Source of the DNA: Lachnospiraceae bacterium
GTDB taxonomy: Bacteria > Bacillota > Clostridia > Lachnospirales > Lachnospiraceae
NCBI GenBank assembly: GCA_017550165.1
Contig: JAFZQH010000030.1
Location: forward strand, 77,798-141,797
DNA: 64,000 nt
Direction: 5' to 3'
The notes under the pieces are model-generated. The model saw only the letters and a list, made by a program, of their open reading frames with translations. It made no database searches and had not been told where the DNA came from. The stretch's first letter is position 1. Every line of letters begins with the position of its first letter. Positions 1-10,500 of the stretch are shown one piece after another. The position numbers and the translations under genes are program-made.

Positions 1-512
1 GGAGTCCCGGGCTGATCATGTTCCACCGGCACATAAGCGGTGATCCCTCTGGCGGGGTTTACTCCCGGGCGGGCCTCCTCTGCCCAGAACCCTTGCGGAA
101 GTATGGAACCGTAGCCAAGGATGGCAATCTTAGTTCCTTCCACATCTATAACCGGATACTGCCGGGCGATCTCTTCATTTTCCCCTGCCCCTGTAAGATA
201 GATACCTGCATCCCTGATTGTCTTAAGGGTATCCTTAAAGGCAGTACGACCGTAGTCCAGGGCGTGATTGGATGCAAATGACAGAACGTCAAATCCCGCA
301 TCCTTTATGGCATCTATACATTCAGGCCTTGATGAACATCCCATTCTTGTACAGCTGGAAAGTTCAAGATTATCCGACAGAACAGACTCCAACTGTCCGA
401 ACACCAGATCTGCCTTGTTGAAATAGTCCCTGACATTGACAAAGTATTCAAAAAAATCATCTCTGTAGAGACCTATATCGCCGGTGGCAAGGAAAGTCAG
501 TTTATCTTTCAT
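1..512 (-). CDS. CapA-family (poly-gamma-glutamate/capsule-synthesis-like metallophosphatase) protein. The N-terminal part is present and the 3' end runs off the window.
   Basis: Not in the ORF track because there is no stop in the window. Manual translation from ATG 512-510 gives MKDKLTFLATGDIGLYRDDFFEYFVNVRDYFNKADLVFGQLESVLSDN...DAGFDVLSFASNHALDYGRTA. This fits the CapA pattern (ADLvfGnLE, aNNHalDyG). Confidence 0.6.
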   Translation of the reverse strand, partial: MKDKLTFLATGDIGLYRDDFFEYFVNVRDYFNKADLVFGQLESVLSDNLELSSCTRMGCSSRPECIDAIKDAGFDVLSFASNHALDYGRTAFKDTLKTIRDAGIYLTGAGENEEIARQYPVIDVEGTKIAILGYGSILPQGFWAEEARPGVNPARGITAYVPVEHDQPGT

Positions 513-580
513 ATAATGTCAATGCCGCTCCTTTCTTTATATTTTAACCCTGCCACTGATAAAAGCGGCGTTGACCCTTA

Positions 581-612
581 AAAAAACCGGCTCAAACATG
601 AGCCGGTTTTTT
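581..612 (-). terminator. Intrinsic terminator after tctC (symmetric, so possibly bidirectional).
   Basis: AAAAAACCGGCTC-aaacat-GAGCCGGTTTTTT. An 8-bp GC-rich stem flanked by A- and T-runs, 17 nt downstream of the tctC stop. Confidence 0.7.
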
Positions 613-628
613 CTAAACAGTCATCAAA

Positions 629-1759
629 TTACTTAAGGAACAGCTTGGTCTTTTCCATGTTATCCTTAAACATCTTCATAACGTAATCGCCTGTCCAGCT
701 CTTATCCCAGTACCTTGAGCTTCCACCCTGAGCACGTTGTCTCATGTAGTATGACTTCTCATCTGTGGACTTCTCAACATCCTGAAGACCGTCGATGCAA
801 GCCTTGATCTGAGCAACTACATCATCAGGAGTTGATGCCGGAACTACCATAAATGAAGCGTTGGGAAGGTTGTACTTCTCTGCATCCTTTTCGCCGAATA
901 CATCAACAAGTGTGGGAACCTTCTTGATTATCTCGAGATTCTTATCATCCGGTGCATAGTCACTGTAATCTTTGTTAGGTCTTACATTCAATACAGCCTT
1001 AACCTTGTTGCTGGAATCAGCAAGGTAAGAAGCAGCCTTACTCTCTTCGAACATTACGATGTCGATGGTATCACCGAGAAGAGCAGAAGCTGAATCTGCT
1101 GAGCTGGTGGGTGACCAGATAACATCATCCTGTAAGCCTCTCTGATAGAACAGAGCCTTTACCTTGGAATCCATAACCTTACCGGGGATATCCATTACTG
1201 TTACAGCTGCCTTATCACCATTCTTTGCGGAATGCTCTTTGATGTACTTCTCAAGCTCATCCCATGTGTTGTAAGGTGAATTCTCCTGTGTAAGAAGCAT
1301 ACATCCGGTCATGGGGTTAGGCTGGATAAATCCGCCTACTGCTTTAAACTTGCTTGTGTCTGTCGGGTCTACGGTCCAGATACCCTGGATGTAATTACTG
1401 ATATTGTTGTTACCGAAGAGCATCATTGTAAGGCCCTTATCATCCTTGGACTCTGCAAGCTTGTTAGCTAAGTTAGCTCCGCCGCCGGCCTTGTCGATCT
1501 CGATAGTAACCTTCTTACCTGTCTTCTCTGACAGCCAATCCTTGAGTACTACAAGGTTTGCGTCTGTCTGTGATCCGGCTTCATAACCGGAGTAGATGGT
1601 GATGTCTCCGCTGGGCCATGATCCTCCTGCTGCAGCACTGCTGCCACCTGCAGCGGAACCTGAAGCTGCTTTGGATGAAGCGGCTCCACCACCGCCTCCA
1701 CAGGCAGTAAGTCCTAATGCCAGAACCGCGGATAATAGTATCGCATTCACTTTTTTCAT
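629..1759 (-). CDS. tctC: Tripartite tricarboxylate transporter (TTT) substrate-binding lipoprotein, TctC/Bug family.
   Basis: Start moved to ATG 1759 (MKKVNAILLSAVLALGLTACGG lipobox) with GGAGGAG RBS. Gly/Ser/Ala linker followed by a Bug-like domain. Lies directly downstream of tctA/tctB. Confidence 0.75.
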   Translation of the reverse strand: MKKVNAILLSAVLALGLTACGGGGGAASSKAASGSAAGGSSAAAGGSWPSGDITIYSGYEAGSQTDANLVVLKDWLSEKTGKKVTIEIDKAGGGANLANKLAESKDDKGLTMMLFGNNNISNYIQGIWTVDPTDTSKFKAVGGFIQPNPMTGCMLLTQENSPYNTWDELEKYIKEHSAKNGDKAAVTVMDIPGKVMDSKVKALFYQRGLQDDVIWSPTSSADSASALLGDTIDIVMFEESKAASYLADSSNKVKAVLNVRPNKDYSDYAPDDKNLEIIKKVPTLVDVFGEKDAEKYNLPNASFMVVPASTPDDVVAQIKACIDGLQDVEKSTDEKSYYMRQRAQGGSSRYWDKSWTGDYVMKMFKDNMEKTKLFLK

Positions 1760-1856
1760 GTTAAATCTCCTCCCTAGGTAGTTTTTCTTTTTTTTTCTGT
1801 ATATTAATCCTGTAAAAGTACAGAATTGATATCGTTTGATCTTATAGCCTGTCCGC

Positions 1857-3371
1857 CTACTCACCTGCAGCATTCTCCTTGGCTGCGGCCCTTCTCTTCT
1901 TTATGACCGGGCTTATAAGTCCGTAGAGCAGGACTAATGTTCCGGCTACAATGAAGATGCAGGATATGGGCCTGGTAAAGAAATCCATCCATCCGGTTGC
2001 AGAGCCTGCAAATCCTCTTCTGGTATACATCTCCAGCTGGGGCGTAAGTATAAAGGCCATCAGGAAGGGCAGACTTGATATTCCGAACATATCCATCAGT
2101 ACACCCAGAATACAGCTTATCAATGTAACAAAAAGACCGAAGAAGCTCATGGTTGCCATGTATCCGCCCGTAAGAGCAAGTATCACGATAATACTGTAGA
2201 GATAGTGATACGGGATCTTAAGCAGGGCCGGGAATGTGGGCATACCAATAGTTTCGTATAGGAAAACCACAATTCCGGCTAAAAGCGCTGCAATAAATAT
2301 GGTGTAAACTACGACCGGATTCTCCCTGATAAGCATAGGGCTTGCTGTTATTCCCTTGGATCCCAGCGCGGTAATAAACTGAACACAGGATGCATCTCCC
2401 GGTATACCGAGGGCGATCAGGGGGATAAGCGCACCGCCGATAGCAGCGTTATTGGCCGTCTCTGATGCGATAACGCCCATGATCTCGCCATGGCCCCATG
2501 TGGATTTATCCTTGGCAAGGATATTCTCGGTGGAATAAGCCATGATAGAAGCAACCGGTCCGCCAAGTCCCGGAAGGAAACCGATAAAGAGTCCCATAAA
2601 CCAGGAACGTATAAATCCCACAAAATTGTGGGCCAGATCCTTGCCGGGGAATCTGTATCGTCCAACCTTGATCTTTTCGCTGGATTTTGCTTTTTCATGT
2701 CTTGCATATTCAAGCATGATGATCTTGGAGGCAAATAAACCAAGCATGATGTTGATGATGTTGAGTCCGCCAAGGAAAGCAACATTCCCTCCGAAGAGGA
2801 AACGGCCACGGGCAGTGATCGGGTCCGTACCGATAGTTGCAAGGAAAATTGCAAGGCCAACGCCCAGCAGGTTCTTTGCAAGGTTTCCTTTTGACAGGCC
2901 TACAACCATAAGTATCGCACAGTAGCAGAGTGCCGCATATTCCCAGGACCCTAAAGTAACTGCCCATCTTGCGATAAAGTTACATGCAACGGTAGCAATA
3001 AGTACGGAAGGAATGGTTCCGAGAAAGTTGGATGTAACAGCTGCAGATAACGCCCTAACTGGATCACCTTGTTTGGTAAATTCGTAGCCATCGGTTACGG
3101 TGGTCATGGAAGATGCTGTTCCCGGAATACCCAGAAGGATAGATCCGATACAGCCTCCGCTCATTCCTCCTATTACGATGGAAATAAAAAGCGCCATGCA
3201 CATATTAACATCCATCTTGTATGCAATAGGAAGGAGAACTACCAGCAGTGTGCTGCTTCCCAGTCCGGGTATGGCCCCGAGGATAACGCCGGCAAGTGCA
3301 CCTGCTATTATAAACAACAGTCCCGGAAAGGTAAAGCATTCCTGAAGAACCTGAATAATAATGTCACCCAT
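1857..3371 (-). CDS. tctA: TTT large permease, TctA family.
   Basis: 504-aa polytopic membrane protein. The N-terminus (LLFIIAGALAGVILGAIPGLGSST) and the repeated GIPG/GLPG motifs are typical of TctA. Confidence 0.8.
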   Translation of the reverse strand: MGDIIIQVLQECFTFPGLLFIIAGALAGVILGAIPGLGSSTLLVVLLPIAYKMDVNMCMALFISIVIGGMSGGCIGSILLGIPGTASSMTTVTDGYEFTKQGDPVRALSAAVTSNFLGTIPSVLIATVACNFIARWAVTLGSWEYAALCYCAILMVVGLSKGNLAKNLLGVGLAIFLATIGTDPITARGRFLFGGNVAFLGGLNIINIMLGLFASKIIMLEYARHEKAKSSEKIKVGRYRFPGKDLAHNFVGFIRSWFMGLFIGFLPGLGGPVASIMAYSTENILAKDKSTWGHGEIMGVIASETANNAAIGGALIPLIALGIPGDASCVQFITALGSKGITASPMLIRENPVVVYTIFIAALLAGIVVFLYETIGMPTFPALLKIPYHYLYSIIVILALTGGYMATMSFFGLFVTLISCILGVLMDMFGISSLPFLMAFILTPQLEMYTRRGFAGSATGWMDFFTRPISCIFIVAGTLVLLYGLISPVIKKRRAAAKENAAGE

Positions 3372-3386
3372 CTTTGTCCAACCCCC

Positions 3387-3866
3387 TTATCCGAACAGCA
3401 GCCCTGTGGGCAGATCAGCCTGCAGGCCGATAACATATATGACATAAATTGCCGCACCGGCGATCACGGCATATATGAGACTCCTGATAACCCTTTTCTT
3501 CATGGGATCGTCAGGACGGCTCTGGCCCTGGAACAAAAGAGTGATTATGAACAGGACGACCGGAACGGCGATCATAAATCCCACCAGCCAGAATAAGATC
3601 ACACAAAGACAATAAACTCCGAAAATAATACCGGCGGATTTCCACTGTTCTTTGGTCAAAAACTGCTTTGATTCTTTGCCCGGCTTAATGATAAGGGCCA
3701 GTCCGCAGATAAGCATGATGGCTGCACCTATGAGGGGAAAGAGCCTTGAACCCGGGTCACCCCTTTTCTCAACTACCTGCAGCGCCATGGTCTGCATCAC
3801 TATCCATAAAGAAATAAGAACTGAAGCTATACCAAGGATCCTGTCCTTTTGATTCTGGATTTTCAT
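3387..3866 (-). CDS. tctB: TTT small permease, TctB family.
   Basis: 159 aa with four hydrophobic segments. Positioned immediately upstream of tctA (15-nt gap), as in tctCBA/tctBAC loci. Confidence 0.65.
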   Translation of the reverse strand: MKIQNQKDRILGIASVLISLWIVMQTMALQVVEKRGDPGSRLFPLIGAAIMLICGLALIIKPGKESKQFLTKEQWKSAGIIFGVYCLCVILFWLVGFMIAVPVVLFIITLLFQGQSRPDDPMKKRVIRSLIYAVIAGAAIYVIYVIGLQADLPTGLLFG

Positions 3867-3948
3867 ACTTCACCTTCCTATCTGTTAATATAATAATTAC
3901 CTCTTAAATTATGCATCATTTCATAAAATAATTCAATGTATTAAAAAT

Positions 3949-6360
3949 TTATAACTCCTGCGACATACGCTCGATAACCTCATCCTGGATACCGGGAGTA
4001 AGCCTCGTAAAATAGGCGCTGTAGCCGGCAACACGAACGATAAGCTCGGGATGTTCTTCCGGATGCTCCTTGGCATCGAGCATCTCTTCCTTATCCACTA
4101 CGTTAAACTGGATGTGCTTAGCTCCGTTAACCAGGAAGGTCTTGATAACGCCCGCCAGTTTGGCCAGGTCCTCGTCATTCTTCAATGCCGAGGGATGGAA
4201 CTTCATGTTCATCAGGGTTCCCTGATAAGGATCATGGTTAACCTTCATGGCACTCTTGAATACTGCCAGCGGACCGTTAACATCCGTTCCGTGGTCCGGT
4301 GAAAGGGATGCATCCGCTAAGATCTCTCCGCCCTTACGTCCGTCAGGAGTAGCTCCCGTAACTGCGCCGCCCGGCTGATGAGCCGAGATGGAAATGGCGT
4401 TGGGCTGTATCGTCCCGCCGTATACACAGGGGAAACTCTTGCAGATCTCTGCATATCTCTTATATACATCCGCTACAAAAGCGTCGACTTCTTCATTATC
4501 ATTACCGTACTTGGGCTGTGCCTTAAAGTCAGCCTGCATATCCTCGAAACCGACCCAGTCGGCATCCAGGGCTTCCATGAGCTGTGCCATGGTGTATTTC
4601 TTCTCCTCGAAAATGAGCTTCTTTATGGCATATAATCCGTTACCGGTATTAACGGCACCGACGGCACCCAGAACAGCGCCATTTTCAAATTCGAAACGTC
4701 TGGAGAACATATCCTTGCCCACCTTGACTCCGTCCTGCATAAGGCTCGAACGGAATACGTCCGGGAAAAGCTCCTTCTCCGCGATCATCTCAACATTCTC
4801 GCGCTCGGCAGCCATTCTCATAAGGTATCTGATCTCGTCATAGACAGCAGCCTCTACCTCATCGAAGGTCTTCATCTCCTTAACGTCGCCCACCTTCTTG
4901 CCCACCATCTCTTTGGTGTAACGGCAGTATCCGTCATGGAGGGCAATGTCCATGGCATGGGGGATGATAAAGAATGCTGCGACCTGAGTTCTGGTCTTGG
5001 CCTGGACATTACCGTCTACGCAGCCTGTACAGCACCAGTCTCTGGCGTCTTCAATGCTGAGACAGTTCTCACCGCTCTCCTTGGTAAAGAAATTAATGAA
5101 ACTCTCATCTCCCACAAATGCAGGCATGCCGATGCCGGTACGAACACATTCCAGAGCCTTCTTAAGCAAGGGTTCCGGTGTTCCCTTGTGGACACGTAAT
5201 GTAAGCGTATGGTGGGGAACATGCGTCTCTATGGCTGCGTCCAGAAGCAGGTATGTAAGATCGTTGGTAGCATCATTACCCTGTCTGTCAACTCCGCCGA
5301 TGGTCCAGTTGTACCACTTGGCCATTCCGGCATTCTTGGCTCTGTTAGCCTTGCCTGATACACGGTTAAGCTTCATGTTCTTGATGCGGAGGATCTCTAA
5401 GAGCTCAAGCACTTCGTCCTTGGTGATCCTGCCTTCTTCAATATCCTTCTTGTAGAAGGGATACATATACTGGTCAAAACGTCCTGCTGTGGAAACCGGG
5501 CTGGGGCATACCATAAGGAAGGTAAACCAGAATGCCTGCAGCGCTTCTCTAAAGGTCTCTGCAGGTTCATACGGAACCTTACGGCAGATCCTTGCCATCT
5601 CCGTAAGTTCAGCTTTACGCTTCCCGTCCTTTTCCTCTCCTGCCAGCTTCTCGCACAGGTCAGCGTATCTGTTGGCGAAACGCACCCATGCCTCAAATAC
5701 TATAACAACACCCTCCCAGAAGTTTCTCTTCTCGATGATGTCGGGTTCTTCGTAATAAATGTTCTTCAGGCATTCCTTTGCCTCATTGATGATGCTCTTA
5801 GCTCCTTCGTTAAGGATCTTTGCATAATCAACCGCAACAAGGCAGAATCCCGGCCCCAGGCCATATCCGCTCATGGCAAATCCGCCGCCTGAGCCGCCGG
5901 TCTTGTCCTTCCAGGGAGGAAGGATAACTCCGGACTTCATAAAGGGCCACAATCTCTCGTTCTCACCCAAAGATTTGCCCATCTCCTGAACGAGATTGCT
6001 GTTAGCCGTATTGCCGGCAAATCTTTCGTTGAGACGATACAGTTCTTCTTCGTCTTCCGGGGTGATGGTATATATCTCACTCTTAAGACTCTCTACCTCG
6101 TCCTTGGTCCATACTCCGTATTCATACTGCATCTCAAGTCCGAAAGGCTTGGATGCGCCGGAGCCGCAGAGAAGATCCTCAGGCTCCACAAAAATGGTGA
6201 TATTATCGAGAATGTTGGCGTGAAGCTTAGAACGGCGCAGGATAGTCGGTTCTCCCGCCGTCTGCTCCAGAGACTCATTCGCCAGTCTGAAAAGCTCGAC
6301 GCAAAGGGGGTATTTGCTGATGCGCAGGGCATCCTTCATACGTTGTACTCTTTCGGTCAT
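3949..6360 (-). CDS. Glycyl-radical enzyme of the PFL2/glycerol-dehydratase-like class; substrate unknown.
   Basis: 803 aa. C-terminal glycyl-radical motif ELIVRVAGYSAYFTRL (Gly779, codon 4024-4026). Cys loop WCCTGCVDGN (Cys447, codon 5020-5022). GGGAGGTG RBS upstream of ATG 6360. Confidence 0.9.
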   Translation of the reverse strand: MTERVQRMKDALRISKYPLCVELFRLANESLEQTAGEPTILRRSKLHANILDNITIFVEPEDLLCGSGASKPFGLEMQYEYGVWTKDEVESLKSEIYTITPEDEEELYRLNERFAGNTANSNLVQEMGKSLGENERLWPFMKSGVILPPWKDKTGGSGGGFAMSGYGLGPGFCLVAVDYAKILNEGAKSIINEAKECLKNIYYEEPDIIEKRNFWEGVVIVFEAWVRFANRYADLCEKLAGEEKDGKRKAELTEMARICRKVPYEPAETFREALQAFWFTFLMVCPSPVSTAGRFDQYMYPFYKKDIEEGRITKDEVLELLEILRIKNMKLNRVSGKANRAKNAGMAKWYNWTIGGVDRQGNDATNDLTYLLLDAAIETHVPHHTLTLRVHKGTPEPLLKKALECVRTGIGMPAFVGDESFINFFTKESGENCLSIEDARDWCCTGCVDGNVQAKTRTQVAAFFIIPHAMDIALHDGYCRYTKEMVGKKVGDVKEMKTFDEVEAAVYDEIRYLMRMAAERENVEMIAEKELFPDVFRSSLMQDGVKVGKDMFSRRFEFENGAVLGAVGAVNTGNGLYAIKKLIFEEKKYTMAQLMEALDADWVGFEDMQADFKAQPKYGNDNEEVDAFVADVYKRYAEICKSFPCVYGGTIQPNAISISAHQPGGAVTGATPDGRKGGEILADASLSPDHGTDVNGPLAVFKSAMKVNHDPYQGTLMNMKFHPSALKNDEDLAKLAGVIKTFLVNGAKHIQFNVVDKEEMLDAKEHPEEHPELIVRVAGYSAYFTRLTPGIQDEVIERMSQEL

Positions 6361-6630
6361 AAACGTACACCTCCCAATTCTCTAATAATACGCAAACCGT
6401 TATCGTTACTGCCTTTCACGACATCTTAAAACTATCATACCGGCATGACCTTTTCAACAAATGGGCCGATTGTAAAACCATATGTATTTCCCATGCACAA
6501 ATCCCGGCCTATTTTTTGTTGCTCATGCACATGTGCAAATGAAAGTGGCGATTTTTGTGGATTATCGCGGGTTTTTTACTGATAATATATTATGATATCC
6601 TTATTGAGATTACAGAATTGAGGTGTTTTG

Positions 6631-7575
6631 ATGGCAGAGAATTTCCTTACCGATGACGAGATAAAAGAACTTAGAAAAGTGAAAGGGACCATTTTCAATA
6701 TCCAGCATTACTGCATCCATGACGGCCCGGGGGTCCGGACCAATGTGTTCGTCAAGGGCTGCCCCCTGCGCTGCATATGGTGCGCTAATCCCGAGTCACA
6801 GATCACCACTCCCCAGCTTATGTACCGTTCGGATAAGTGCGTGGGCTGTGGCGCCTGTGTGGAGGCCTGTCCCCGCAAGGCCGTTACCATGGTGGACGGC
6901 AAAAGTTCTACGGACCGCGCCCTTTGCGAAGGATGCGGCAAATGCGTCAAGGTCTGCAAGCCTGAAGCCCGGGAGATCATGGGCTATTCCATTACTGCGG
7001 GAGAAGCCTTTGATAAGGTGGCAAAAGAGAAGATATTCTACGGTGATGACGGAGGACTGACTGTGACCGGCGGAGAAGCTCTGGCTCATCCCGAGTTCAC
7101 CCTGGCCCTTCTGAAACTATGCAAGAACGACGGCATCGGCACTGCCATAGAGACCTGCGGCCATGCTAAATGGGATATAGTAAAGCGGGTCCTCGCATTC
7201 TGTGATACCGTGCTTTTCGACATAAAGGAAACCGACAGCAGGAAACATGAGGAGTTTACCTGTGTCGGCAATGAACTGATCCTTGAGAATCTCGAGAGGA
7301 TCAATAATGAGCTGGACTGCGCCATATGGGTCCGTGTTCCCACTATCCCCGGCTATAATGCAGACGAGGAGAACATCCGCCGGATAGGCGAGTTAGTATC
7401 ATCCAGGATCACCAGATGCAGCCGGGTGGACCTGCTGCCCTTCCACAACCTGGGAGAGTCCAAGGCAGAGCAGCTGGACCGTGACATGAACGGTTTCCAC
7501 AGCGAAGTACCCTCCAAGGAATTCATGGACAACTTAAAGGAGATCATCCGCGGTTTCGGACTGAACTGCCCGTAA
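6631..7575 (+). CDS. Glycyl-radical enzyme activating enzyme (radical SAM).
   Basis: DGPGVRTNVFVKGCPLRCIWCANPE contains the CxxxCxxC motif. Two ferredoxin-like clusters are present (CVGCGACVEACP, CEGCGKCVKVC), as in PFL2-class activases. ATG 6631 is preceded by GAGGTG. The track start at 6628 is a TTG. Confidence 0.9.
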   Translation: MAENFLTDDEIKELRKVKGTIFNIQHYCIHDGPGVRTNVFVKGCPLRCIWCANPESQITTPQLMYRSDKCVGCGACVEACPRKAVTMVDGKSSTDRALCEGCGKCVKVCKPEAREIMGYSITAGEAFDKVAKEKIFYGDDGGLTVTGGEALAHPEFTLALLKLCKNDGIGTAIETCGHAKWDIVKRVLAFCDTVLFDIKETDSRKHEEFTCVGNELILENLERINNELDCAIWVRVPTIPGYNADEENIRRIGELVSSRITRCSRVDLLPFHNLGESKAEQLDRDMNGFHSEVPSKEFMDNLKEIIRGFGLNCP

Positions 7576-7586
7576 TCACTTACTTT

Positions 7587-10500
7587 CTATTTGTTTATAT
7601 CCGTAAGATTAAAATTCTTTATCCGCCTCATTGCTATCAGAGCATTTACCAATGCAAGGAAGGCTGCCACAACTACTCCGAAAGCGATGGCAGGCCAGCT
7701 TATGCCGGAATAGAAATGTGATGGCAGATATGAAAATACCCTGAGGTTAAAGGAAGCAGCCGCCGAGCCCAGGATGGCCCCCAGGATTATACCCACTGCG
7801 GTCAAAAAGATGGTATCCTTGTATACATACTTCTTTGCATCCTTCACGGAATACCCGTTTATCATCAGGATGATCATTTCCCTCTTCTTCTCCTCCACAT
7901 GCATTACAAGCAGATTAAGGAGCACCAGGAAAGCCATAATGACCGCAAGGGCCACAGCCACAAGGGAAATGATGGTCATCGCCGAACTCATGGCCTTAAA
8001 TGCCGTCATATTGGCATCAAGATAGTCATAAAGGGTTATAAAGCCCGGAATCTCAGACAGCTTTGCGGACAGTCTCTCCCTGTCAATACCCTCCATTTCA
8101 AGTGTAAATGAATTGGCTCGATAATCAGCTTTTGAATACTTTTCATAAGTGTCTGCCGGCATGACCATTATGATCCTTGGCAGATATGACTCAAATTCAC
8201 CGATATAAGGGATAAAGAAATGCTGTCCCGTGTTGTCGATAAATTCAATCTTGTCTCCGGGATCAATGTCGTAGGTATCGGCATATCCGTTACATACCCT
8301 TGTCCCATCGGCCAGTTCCTTGAAATGTCCTTTATCGTTTTTTAACAGAAAGCTCTCAGTGAACCTGTCATCATCAGTTACATACAGATAGCAGATATTA
8401 ACACGTCCGTCCGGGAGCACTGTCCTCATGTAGTTGGAAGAGAATGTTGAGGATGCGATATTCTCCGAATCCAACACAGCCCGGATCTTATCTTTGCATC
8501 CCTCCTCCTTGTCATCAAAAAGAATAAGCGCATCAAACTTATTAAGCTCATTAAACTCGATCACAGGGCTTCTGTCTGCATCAAGCTTGATAGCCATTCC
8601 GCACACAAGCATGGCCGTACATCCCGTGATCCCGATAAGGGTTCCCAGGACACGGCGTTTATCCGTAAAAAGGTTGTTGAACATGGTCTTTGAAAATAAA
8701 GAAAGCCTGCCCCATAACTTCGTCCGTTCGAAGCCGTGATTCTTTCCGCTGGGAGGCTGTGGGCCCGCTAAGAGCTTCACCGGATCCTGCTTTAAGATGG
8801 ATCTGCAAGCCGTAAATGTGGACAGCAAAATGATCGCCAGCTCGATGCCGCAGATCATCAGCGCATCCGTTAATGAAAAATATAACACCAAATTCCTGAA
8901 TACATAATTCTTTCCAATGGTGATCAATACAATGGGCTGGATAACTATATACCCTGCCAGGACTCCAAGGGCCGACCCGACGATGGATGCAAGCGCCCCG
9001 TAGAAGAGGTATGATCTTGTAATCTCCCCTTTATTGAGTCCCAGCGCCTTTTTGGTTCCCAGGAGCTTAATGTGGGAATATACTATCCTTGAAAGGGCGG
9101 AATAACATACCAGTATACCCACGATCAGGAACAAGGATGCGAGAGAAAATTTAACACGGCTTAATATCTCTTTGAAAGTCAATCCGGAAGCATTTGAAGG
9201 ATTATTCTCTCTTGTAAGTATCGCAGATGAATAATCCTTAAGGTTCGAGGTAGCCACCCTAAGCTGCCTTGCCGATGAACTCTCAAGAAGTTCCTTTGCC
9301 TTATCTATCTTATCCTGATACTCGCCTATCTTCTTCTTTCCGTCATCGATCTGCGCCTGGCCGGAATTGATCTGCGCCTGGCCGGAAAGAAGCTGTGCCT
9401 GGCTTTCTTCTGCCTTTTGAATAGCTTCATCCAGACTCTCATATAATTCATCGATATAATCCTCTGCCTGGGCCATGATGGTATCTTTCATGTTAAGGGC
9501 GGATCTGATCCTTGAGATAAGATCCGGCAGTTTCTTTGCCAGGCTCTTATAGTCTTTCGCCCCGGTGGCATTAAGTAATCTCGTCTTAAAGTCGTCATAT
9601 TCTTTGGCAAGATTTTGATAGCGCTCTGCCATGATATCATTTCCCAGGAGGGCATAAAATCCCGAAACCATCATGATATAAGACGGGATATTGTCGACGA
9701 TGGCGCTGAACTTATATTCTTCCATAAGCTCTTCGAGCTCCTCCGGCGAACCTACCAGCTTCTGCAACTTCGCCAGATTCTCCTTGGCATCGGGGAACAA
9801 TTCATCCAGCTTATCCTTATATGACTCAAACTGTTCCACACGATCTTCAACCTGGCTTTTTGCATTCTCAAGCATATTCCTTCCGGAATCCAGCATTTCC
9901 CTTCCTCTTTCCAGCTGGGTCCTGCTCTCACTTATCAGTTTTTCGTTCAGCTCTATGGTCTGGTTACCCTGGTCAAGCTGCCTCTGATAGTCTTCAATCT
10001 GTTCGGGAGCATTATCAAGATTATTTTTAAGAGTATTGGCTATATTAAGGATCTTTTCGTTCTTTGCTGCCGTAAGCTCCTTTACCACAACGTTGACACG
10101 GTCTTTGAAAACATCGGTTTCCCTTGCTATGCCTTCATCCGCGTAAAGGCCGTTGATATAGTCGCTTTTTACATAAACATTGCTGTATCCCGTAAAGCTC
10201 CTTGCATCAAAGCCATCAATGGGGATAAAGATTATGCATTCAACAGGTGTTCCGAGAGTTGCCGACGTCCCGTATGTCTCTGAAAATGTGCTGATGAATT
10301 CCGGAGATTCAGCCAATCCGGAAACGGTAAACGAATCGTGCTTTAAAGCCTGCATTCCGTCCGTATCCTTCGGCTCGTCATTAAGAGCCTTAAGGAGGGC
10401 TTCCATGTCCGAAAGCTTGTCCTGATTCTCAAGAAGGATTGCCAAAGCATGGGGGTGTTCATTAGCATCATGCTTAAAGGTAGTGGTATCCCCCACCTTG

